Positions 36,932-45,824 of a DNA stretch of 64,000 nucleotides are shown here, in pieces. The stretch lies in contig CBFFRP010000297.1 in assembly GCA_965644295.1 (NCBI GenBank), positions 62,001-126,000 on the forward strand, in the 5' to 3' direction. Within the stretch, counting starts at the first letter, position 1. Each line of letters begins with the position of its first letter. The stretch is from Paraphysomonas bandaiensis. Its lineage: Eukaryota > Protista > Chrysophyceae. Below the pieces are notes generated by a model. The model did not search any database, was not told the DNA's origin, and saw only the letters and a list, made by a program, of their open reading frames with translations. Position numbers and translations under genes: made by a program.

Positions 36932-38877
36932 AATCATACGGCATTCCTTTTTATATTGTGTTGAATAATGCATACATCATACTCGTAGTCGTTTTGATAC
37001 TGTTTATTGACAATCACAGCGTACAGCAGACAAATGTATGTTTAGTACTCATGAGACGATAGCCACAAATTGGAAGCAAAGCTTCTGTGCAGTATGCTGA
37101 GGGTACTTTAAATCAGGGATAGGCAACGAAAGAATATTGTAGTACCATTGTTTGATAGCGTTCCGTCAATAGTATTGATGAAGGGTTTTTAAGCTCAACA
37201 ATACTGTATCAATATATAAGTAACTAGTATCATAATTTAGTTAGTAAACCCCTCCGTAAGTCCGTAATTCCATTACTTGTACTACAGGCATTAAGAAAAT
37301 CAAGAAACATGATAATCAAACCCACTACTGCTTAACTAATAAGCATTTTCCTCATACTCATCCGCTGAGTCATCATCGGTGAAGTCAACATCACCATATT
37401 CATTCAAAGTTATTTGAAATATGCTTGCATCCGGCCACAACTATCGATTAGATTTCAGACACAACAGCACATTAAGTGTGTAGCAGGATGCACACGTTTG
37501 CGCAAATGCTGAAAAATAAGTTTAGCTGCGCTGAACACTGAACAGGCGTTTCCATGTATAGCTGTTTCATATGACTTGTGCCTCCTGTTTGAAGCGGCTT
37601 CGAAACGCTTTCAAACTTTCTCAAGTCATCTACTAGAGCTGTGAAATCGGAATTCTGCGAGCAGTAGGGAGCATATCAGTCGCAGCATGTGGTAAGCCTT
37701 CGAGTTTTGATACAGGATCTTTTATACGCTACCACTTCAGCAGAACTTGAAAGATAGGGCCGTCTTGTGACCTTATAAATATAATAATATAAGAAGATTA
37801 TAGCTAGTCTAACTTCGTATTCTAGTTAGAAGGTAAAGATTTTATCCGTCTTTCAGAGACATAAGGAGAACATCCGGGAACCGCAACGAGACCCGACACT
37901 ACCAATTTCTAATACCACCATTTTCAAGAGGATCTCCAGAAGAACCTGAAAGTCCTCGATATCACAAGTTGAGCGATTCTCGACGGAGACTATGCCTGAA
38001 GCCCAGCTGGAGAATGTGTTTGGCGCGCTATGCAACTGTGCTTTAAACTCGCGAGAATTTCGTACTCTAGAACGGCAGTTGTCAATCTTCTCCAGCGGCT
38101 TTATGTTGCAGCCAAAGAAATGATTGAAGACCGCAGTCACGGTTTCGTTACCACACCCAAGGGTCTACATACACTCCTCCCTCCAGAACACGTCAGAAAA
38201 AAAACACGACGGAAACCACTGGTTCTTCGCTTACTAGTTTCAACGAGGAGACCTTGCTCACATCACTCGTCTACCGCTCTGCACACGTGGAAATGCCATG
38301 GTCCCGTCTCCACTTGCTATTCCTTTGCTCCAAGCTCATCTCGCAGCCCTCACCATCTCCAGACACACCGGAGCCCCAATCTACCCCCTCGCCCATCATG
38401 TATCTCAGGCTAGAGGAACACACGACTCCCTAATTTAGTATCCTGTGCCAAACCCATCTGCACTACAAGGACTCACGTTCATAGTTCATAGAGATTTTCG
38501 CCCTCATATATAAAATAATGGAAGCGGTTGCACCTTGGTGCTTGCGGCGACGCACAAGCCGCTTTCGTAGTAGGTGTTGGAATACGTATGGTTCTCTAAG
38601 ATATTAGAATATGGACTGTATCCTAGTATATTCAATGTGGTACTTGAAGACAATGTACGAGAATACAGTGAAGTATGGTGATGTGTAGATGCTGTTATGA
38701 TATTGAGAAAACTGAAATAGTTTGCTCTTTCAAGATATGTTTAGTAGCGAAAGGTCTACAGAAGTAGTGATTTATGCATGGCACAAAACGAGCTTGTGTT
38801 GTTTAACACAATTCGTGTAAACGATATTAATAAATCTATCTAGTCTAACAACTTAATCTCTCTTTGATCTAAGTAAA

Positions 38878-41800
38878 ATGAGCATTTCCCAACATGGTAG
38901 CGAGCGAGGAGGAGAGAAGGAGGATAGAGGAGTAGTTCCTCAGTTCAACGAGACTAACGTTGAACAATGGATTGAGGACTTCGAGACATTCCTTATGAGG
39001 AAGGAACAAAGCGAGGTAGCGGTGGAACTGCCACCTAAGGAGAGCGACTTCGGGGAGCAGCCACTTACGTTGATGGAGGAGAAGGCGTACAGACAGGCTG
39101 TGAAGAGGTATTGGAAGGCGAACGCCATAGCTTATTCTTACTGCAGGGATGCGGTGCAGCATTCCCCGAAAGCGCTGCGTAAATTCCATCTTACCCACAA
39201 AGCGTTCAAGGCAGAAGGGAGTGGTGTAAACAGGTTCAAAACACATGTAATGATTGATGAGTTGAAGAAGTGTTTTGCTGGAGGGAAGCAAAATAGGATC
39301 AGTGACCTCTTAACTCAATATGGTTCTTTCCGTATGCGTCCGGAGGAGACGGCGAAGGACTACGTACTACGGTTCGAACTACTGCTGAAGGAACTACAGG
39401 AGCAGCAGCAGGATATCTCGGAGGTATCAAAAACAAGTCGACTACGAGAAGGCTTGCTCAATGAAGAGTATGCTCAACTGAGAGTTGGATTATACTTGAT
39501 GGATGATGATGTTAATTATGTAACTGTATCACGTAAGATAGAAGGCTATGATGATACTATGGCTGGGAAGGAAGCGTTGGAGAAGAAGCGTAAAAGAGTG
39601 GAGGAGCTGAACCTGATAGACAGTAAGAAACGATATCGCAGAGAGAGGGATCATCGTAAGAAGAACAACGGTAAGAAGAAGCCGATGAAGAAGGATACAG
39701 AGATTACAGGGCAGCGACCTGGAAGTGCCGAATATACTGGGTGCAGAAATTGTAAGTCAAAGGAACATCTTGCCATCGATTGTCCAGCATCGAAAAAGAA
39801 GTACTCGCAAAGCAAGAGCAAGGCTGTGAGGTTTCAAGATGGAAGGAAACCAGACAAAAGACTACTTACAGTTGAAAACATCAGGCGTGGAGAGCCAGCG
39901 GATTTGTCTGACGAAGACGAAGCAAATATGATCGAGCAACAGGAAGAGTATCACTTGTCATGTAATGTGTATGAGACGAATATATGCAGTAGTGTGCATG
40001 AGGATATTCACTATACATACATTGATACCTGTTGTTCGTCATCAATGTTTTTGATAAATGATGTGAATATACTTGATAGTCATATGCACACATCAAAGGT
40101 TATTAATGGTTCGAAAAAAGGGTCAGAGATATGCGTCACGAGTGTAGGTTCCCGTGGAGCATGGAAGAACATTGAGGTATCAAGTCAGATAAATCGGTGT
40201 CTTTGTTCTGGACGGAAGTTGAACGATATGGGATATCGATTTACTGTATGGTATGGTATACAGATATATGACAGAAATACGGATGAGCTGGTGTTGGAGG
40301 GACCTATGAAGAATGGAATGACTGCTGTGCCAACACAGCAGTTATTGGAGCTTCCAGACGTATCGACATCCAGTGATTCAGAAGTAAATCTCAGTGACCG
40401 TACGGGTGAGGATGAACTGGAGCTGTTACATAGGAGAGCGGGTCATTTTAACAAGCATGCGTTGGTAGAAGCCCACAAAAGAATGCTAATTATTGGGACT
40501 GGACTGAAACGAAAACATCTCTCGAAACGTGTTTCCAAAGAACAGTGTCTATGTGATGTATGCGCCAGGGCGAAGATCACCAGAGTAAGTTTTCGGACAA
40601 AGGATGAGGACTCCGTTCGTCCAAATTTCTCGGCCGATATAGCAGTATACTTAAATTGTCCAGCTCGAGGAGGGGAAATATATGTGCTCAAACTAACACA
40701 CCATGCCAGTCGGATGTTCTGGTCGGAAGGGCTTGTTCATAGGACTGGGTCATCGGTACTGCAGGTTTTCAAGAAGATTTTTGAAGGAGATGTGAAAAGG
40801 TACAAATTAGAAATGCATCATTACCATGCAGATGGAGCAGGGGAGCTAATATGTGATGAGCTGCGACAATATCTTAGGTCACAGGGTTGCTATCAACATA
40901 CGTGGAGCTCTACGGACTCTCCTGAGATGAACGCGATTGAGGAGCGGAAATTCAGGACCTGTGGTGAGATGACATTAGCGATGCTGATTCAGTCAGGATT
41001 GCCTTCACAGTTTTGGCTAGATGCCTACATGGCAGCCAGGTACATATTAATTCGATTGCCTACAAAGACAGCGAAGGGGTATATGTCCCCTCTTGAATTT
41101 TTGACTGGTGAGGCTCCCAACCTGAAATATCTCAGAGTATGGGGGTGTCGTGCGTATGTCCTCACTACAAAGGCGGATCGACGGAAAGACTGGGACGACA
41201 AGGCCCTTATCGGATATCTGATAGGATATTCAGATGAAAAGGTAGGATATGATGTATATCTACCTGCGACTGATAGGGTCGTCACGTCGGTACATGTATT
41301 AACTGATGAGTCCATACCGTCACGCTCGGAGAGCTATTTCGCTGAGATAGATGCTCTTCGAGTGAAGGAGGCCGAGAGACCGAAAATTGTGTCTGACTAT
41401 GCGGGCTTAGAAGGTACATATCATATTGATGATGAGGATGGTCTTCTCTACAAGACCACGAGAGTAGTAGAACGAAAGGGGGTAATAGTAGCCTATCGAT
41501 CTCTGGTAACTGCAGGTCGGAAGCATATCGAGCACCGGGTGCCGATTCACGTCGAGGACGTAGTGCGAATGACTGCAGAAACTCCCGGGAATACCGGATA
41601 TATAGGAAAGGGGGACGCCCTGAGTACTATGCCAGCCAGGGTGCTGGACCAGGGAAGACCTGGAGGGTTACAGGAGAGTCCTGACCCAACCTGTCAGGAG
41701 ACAGCTGTGAGGTTGCAGACCTCTGAAGACTATGAGTCTGGGGTTGTGAGCGGGGCTCCTCCCACAACGCACGATGTGCGTGCTCAGGATGAGCAAGGTA

Positions 41801-43590
41801 TGGGTTCTTATATACCTCGTCGACCGATTGAACTAGATGGTGATGGTCGGGTCCGACGCAAACGGCTGCAGCGGAGACTGGCAAACGCGTCAGTTTTAGG
41901 AGAGATTAATATGGTTGAAGTACCGGATGCGCATAATATTGATCTTAACCATGCAGAGACAGAAGATATCAAGATACCAAATTCATATGCCGAGGCAGAG
42001 AGATCTCCACAGTATCAACAATGGAGAAAAGCTCGAATGGTGGAGAAGACATCATTGCTGAAAAGACGTGTCTTGAAGATCGTGAAAATTCCAAGCGGAG
42101 TGAAATTAGTTAGAGCGAAATATGTGCATACGGTGAAGCGAGACATACTAGGGAATATAGTAAAGTACAAGGCTCGGCTAGTGGCATTAGGAAATCTCCA
42201 AGAGAAGAAGGAGGAGGAGCCGTCCACTTTCGCTCCAGTGGTTAAGGGTATAACCATTAGACTAGTGTTAGCGATTGCGTTTATGTTACAGATGCATGTG
42301 CATCAATTAGATGTATCATCCGCATTTTGCTATGCAGATCTGGAGGATGACGTGTATATGGCACCTCCACCAGATGAGGAATTACTAGCTGGATGGTGTT
42401 TTCAACTAATCAAGGCATTGTATGGACTGCGATCTTCACCGCGACAGTGGAATAAACATATTGACAAGTTTATTAAATCATTGCATTTTACTCCGTGTAT
42501 TTTGGATACGTGTTTGTATATGCGATGGAGTAACGGAAAACTGCATTTATTATTGATATATGTTGATGATATCATAATTGCATCCGCTGATCTGACTTAC
42601 TTGGAAAGCGTAAAGCGTAGGTTCTGTGAAACATTCGAGATGCATGATCTGGGAGTGTGTAAGCGATTTCTGAACATCAGGATAACCAGAGGAGAAAATT
42701 GGTATATGTTAGATCAATCTGAGTATGCTAAGAATATTATCAAGAAATTCAGCTCAGTTATGGGAAAGAGTAGTAAGAATAAGGAGGCCCCACTACCTAC
42801 TAATGTTCAGGATCTGTTGGCAGAGGAACGTGAACTTACGGAGGAGCAGAAGCAGTGGGTTGACTCATTTCCGTATCGGCAAATTATTGGAGCAGTGTTG
42901 TATCTAGCAATGCATACTAGACCTGATCTGGCTTATGCAGTGGGGTTATTGTCTCGATTTAGTAGTTGTCCGACATATGCATCGTGCAAACTGGCGATTC
43001 ACTTATTGAAATATTTGCGTGGAACAATTGATGAGGGCATCAGATTCAGTGGGAGTGAGTTCGACTTACATGTGTTCAGTGATTCAGATTGGGCTGGTGA
43101 TAGACTGACTCGGCGATCGACAACAGGATACATTGTGTTCTTATGTGCAGGCGCATTGGCCTGGCAGTCTAAACTACAGACCACAGTTGCAACTTCGAGC
43201 ATGGAATCTGAATATATGGCGGAGTATGCGGCTATGCAAGAACTGGTGTGGCTTCGGGGGGTGTTCAAGGAGCTCGGGCTCTTAGTTGCGAAGCCGACTC
43301 CATTCTTTATGGATAGCAAGAGTGCGAAAGATCTCTCCGAGAATCCTGTGTATCATAAGAGGTCGAAGCATATAGACATCAAGTATCACTGGGTGAGAGA
43401 GCATGTAAATGGAAAATTTCCTACGGCAAAGTTGATTCATGTGTCGACGGATGATATGGCGGCTGATATTTTCACGAAGGCATTGTCAACGAAACTTTTC
43501 AGTCGTCATGAGAAAACTATTACCGGGGTTAAGAGAAGTGTGTCAACCAGAGTTGAGGAGCAGCAGAAGAAGCGACCCCGAAGAGGTTAA
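38878..43590 (+). CDS. Copia Gag-Pol polyprotein (Gag-PR-IN-RT-RNaseH), 1570 aa
   Basis: CX2CX4HX4C knuckle (CRNCKSKEHLAIDC), PR YIDTCCS, IN HRRAGH..CDVC with D(SAD)/D(ADGAGE)/E(EERK), RT YKARLVA/LDVSSAF/YVDD, RNaseH SDSDWAGD. IN precedes RT, the Copia order. Confidence 0.97.
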   Translation: MSISQHGSERGGEKEDRGVVPQFNETNVEQWIEDFETFLMRKEQSEVAVELPPKESDFGEQPLTLMEEKAYRQAVKRYWKANAIAYSYCRDAVQHSPKALRKFHLTHKAFKAEGSGVNRFKTHVMIDELKKCFAGGKQNRISDLLTQYGSFRMRPEETAKDYVLRFELLLKELQEQQQDISEVSKTSRLREGLLNEEYAQLRVGLYLMDDDVNYVTVSRKIEGYDDTMAGKEALEKKRKRVEELNLIDSKKRYRRERDHRKKNNGKKKPMKKDTEITGQRPGSAEYTGCRNCKSKEHLAIDCPASKKKYSQSKSKAVRFQDGRKPDKRLLTVENIRRGEPADLSDEDEANMIEQQEEYHLSCNVYETNICSSVHEDIHYTYIDTCCSSSMFLINDVNILDSHMHTSKVINGSKKGSEICVTSVGSRGAWKNIEVSSQINRCLCSGRKLNDMGYRFTVWYGIQIYDRNTDELVLEGPMKNGMTAVPTQQLLELPDVSTSSDSEVNLSDRTGEDELELLHRRAGHFNKHALVEAHKRMLIIGTGLKRKHLSKRVSKEQCLCDVCARAKITRVSFRTKDEDSVRPNFSADIAVYLNCPARGGEIYVLKLTHHASRMFWSEGLVHRTGSSVLQVFKKIFEGDVKRYKLEMHHYHADGAGELICDELRQYLRSQGCYQHTWSSTDSPEMNAIEERKFRTCGEMTLAMLIQSGLPSQFWLDAYMAARYILIRLPTKTAKGYMSPLEFLTGEAPNLKYLRVWGCRAYVLTTKADRRKDWDDKALIGYLIGYSDEKVGYDVYLPATDRVVTSVHVLTDESIPSRSESYFAEIDALRVKEAERPKIVSDYAGLEGTYHIDDEDGLLYKTTRVVERKGVIVAYRSLVTAGRKHIEHRVPIHVEDVVRMTAETPGNTGYIGKGDALSTMPARVLDQGRPGGLQESPDPTCQETAVRLQTSEDYESGVVSGAPPTTHDVRAQDEQGMGSYIPRRPIELDGDGRVRRKRLQRRLANASVLGEINMVEVPDAHNIDLNHAETEDIKIPNSYAEAERSPQYQQWRKARMVEKTSLLKRRVLKIVKIPSGVKLVRAKYVHTVKRDILGNIVKYKARLVALGNLQEKKEEEPSTFAPVVKGITIRLVLAIAFMLQMHVHQLDVSSAFCYADLEDDVYMAPPPDEELLAGWCFQLIKALYGLRSSPRQWNKHIDKFIKSLHFTPCILDTCLYMRWSNGKLHLLLIYVDDIIIASADLTYLESVKRRFCETFEMHDLGVCKRFLNIRITRGENWYMLDQSEYAKNIIKKFSSVMGKSSKNKEAPLPTNVQDLLAEERELTEEQKQWVDSFPYRQIIGAVLYLAMHTRPDLAYAVGLLSRFSSCPTYASCKLAIHLLKYLRGTIDEGIRFSGSEFDLHVFSDSDWAGDRLTRRSTTGYIVFLCAGALAWQSKLQTTVATSSMESEYMAEYAAMQELVWLRGVFKELGLLVAKPTPFFMDSKSAKDLSENPVYHKRSKHIDIKYHWVREHVNGKFPTAKLIHVSTDDMAADIFTKALSTKLFSRHEKTITGVKRSVSTRVEEQQKKRPRRG
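38895..38906 (+). promoter_or_regulatory. Primer-binding site (initiator tRNA-Met-like)
   Basis: TGGTAGCGAGCG directly after the LTR CA; TGGTAGC is complementary to the GCUACCA end typical of eukaryotic tRNAiMet. Confidence 0.7.
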
Positions 43591-44056
43591 AGGTGTGTTT
43601 TAGTGGGTGAGAATCCCACATAACTATATATCTAGTTGACTGCTAGTTATATATGTATCTTGATAAGATTTCACATCTATTTTACCTATGAGACTAGTTT
43701 ATAGCATGAAGATCACTGTACTCATTGTTGTTTCGTATCACTGCATTCTACATTGAGTGGGAGTATTAGAATATGGACTGTATCCTAGTATATTCAATGT
43801 GGTACTTGAAGACAATGTACGAGAATACAGTGAAGTATGGTGATGTGTAGATGCTGTTATGATATTGAGAAAACTGAAATAGTTTGCTCTTTCAAGATAT
43901 GTTTAGTAGCGAAAGGTCTACAGAAGTAGTGATTTATGCATGGCACAAAACGAGCTTGTGTTGTTTAACACAATTCGTGTAAACGATATTAATAAATCTA
44001 TCTAGTCTAACAACTTAATCTCTCTTTGATCTAAGTAAAATGAGCATTTCCCAACA

Positions 44057-45824
44057 TAAGATAGTACTGTAGAATACGTTAAATACAATGTGAAAAACAG
44101 TAATACGTAGTCAATAGTCAAAGGTGCTATATAGCTATAACTGTGAAACTGAAGTATTATATCATGACGATTCAAGATACGGAAGTTGAGCAGTGGTTGA
44201 CATGAACGAAATAATTTATCATGTTGTTGACATGTGTTACATGACAACACACACAATTGTGTATACAATCATAATAAAGTAATCTATCTAGTTTGACTAA
44301 CTTAAACTTCTCTTACAACGATCTTAATCATCTGAAAATGGTCATTAGTCAACAGTAGGATATGAGAATTTGTGCTGTTAGTTACATCTACTGCTTGTTT
44401 GTACTGGTTTTCATCTAGCTACATATGTGGTGCAGATTTTAGACGCCTAATGCTAATAATAAGACAGTCATATAAGACTTTGATAACCTTATGTTACATC
44501 GTAAACACTCCAATCCATAATCTTTTGGATTTAGAACTAAAAGAAGTGCATTTAGGACATGTAATAGCTAGTTGAACACCTAGATCGAAATTACTCTCAG
44601 GGTAGAGTTAACTTTCAAGTATTTTCAATCAAATAGTGTACCTCATAACAAAAAAAATATTTCACACTATGAAAAATAATTGAGTAAAAATCTAGTGAAA
44701 CATAATTACATCGTAGATCATGAATATCCACAATAGTGCAGCCAGTGAAGAAAGCCATTATTAGTCTCCGAAAACTTCCATCAGCACCTTGAACTACAAT
44801 TGATTACAACATATTCCCTAAAAACAAGCTCATAAATACCTCAGGAAACCTTGATGCCATATGAGGAAGACGATGACAATAGGCCCTTAAAAAGAAAACA
44901 AAACTTATTCGGATATATGTAACACAGCAAGAACCCACCTGAATAGCACAGTGTCGATCTTGGATATAAAGAAAGTGTATTAAAAATAGCTTTGAAACTC
45001 AAATGTCAATACATACCAATTCTGTGCAAGAGGTTGACGCCACAACTTCTTTAAGAGAGGTCTACAAAATACTTAGTGTAACCAATTAAAAGGGTACTAC
45101 TTACATCAACCGCTAAGGTCTCTTCCATCTTCAACAGCAATCTGCAGCTCATGCGAACAGCTTCTGTGAGTTGACTATTGATCAAGTGCTGAGCCCGACT
45201 AACTCGCCCACAGGGGGATGTTTCTTCAAGGACGTTTAAACATCTGAAGCACGTAATCACTATGACTGCAACAGCCTGAGAAGTATGAGGCATGATAATA
45301 ATAGCAACCGCTTAGAGTATGTACCTCATTTGGGACAGAACTTCCTGTACATGACTGTGTACCACACAAAAAATCTAGAGCGCACATCCCATGACTGTCG
45401 ATTAGCGTAAAAAACACACCAAGGATTTGAACCAGCAGGTTGACAGAGTGCACAGAGAGAATTCTGGCGCGGCAAATAGACTCTAGCAATGCCACCAAGG
45501 TAGGGCCGGTAGCTTTACCGGAGGTCATCGGCGTGCCCTTCGTGATGGCAAGAAATAACCTAAACTAGAGAGTCAAAAAATTAATTGGTCCTAACGACCA
45601 TACCTCTTATCTGAAGCAAGCAACGCGCCAAAAGACCGTAGCACACGCGACTTATGAGCTGGAGAGAGCAGCTCGCAATCACATAGGAGAGCATCCGATA
45701 GAATACTAGTCTTAGGATCTGTTGTCAGAAGTTGCACAACACTGTGCAGACCCACTGAACCAAACGCTTGAGAAGAGTAACAATAAAATTGACAGAGCTG
45801 CAGCGTACCTTCACAGACACACGT
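44057..45824. repeat. 1768-bp direct repeat, copy 1 (copy 2 at 50567-52334): LTR-B plus 1470 bp of host flank
   Basis: Identical text at an offset of 6510 bp; the copies diverge after ...CACAGACACACGT. Confidence 0.96.
44761..45824 (-). pseudogene. Duplicated 3' exons/introns of the downstream host gene
   Basis: Exact copy of 51271-52334, lacking the 5' part of the gene. Confidence 0.8.

Larger units (their letters stand above)
31963..37097. repeat. Inverted duplication: arms 31963-33120 and 34605-37097 (right arm interrupted by hAT), ~1.5-kb spacer
   Basis: Reverse-complement identity covers both CDSs and ~260 bp of 3' flank (ends ...GGAAGCAAAGCTTCTGTGCAGTATGC). Confidence 0.93.
38602..44056 (+). 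mobile_element. Copia LTR retrotransposon A, intact, nested in the 5' LTR of B
   Basis: Identical 293-bp LTRs 38602-38894 and 43764-44056 (TA...CA). TSD TAAGA (38597-38601, 44057-44061). PBS TGGTAGCGAG at 38895; PPT GAGTGGGAG 43755-43763. Confidence 0.97.

Noticed and set aside
37853-38440. Ulp1-like protease remnant (GNHWFFAY in one frame)
   Set aside because: A single short motif next to stops, with no downstream D or QxNxxDCG motif; not supportable without a search.
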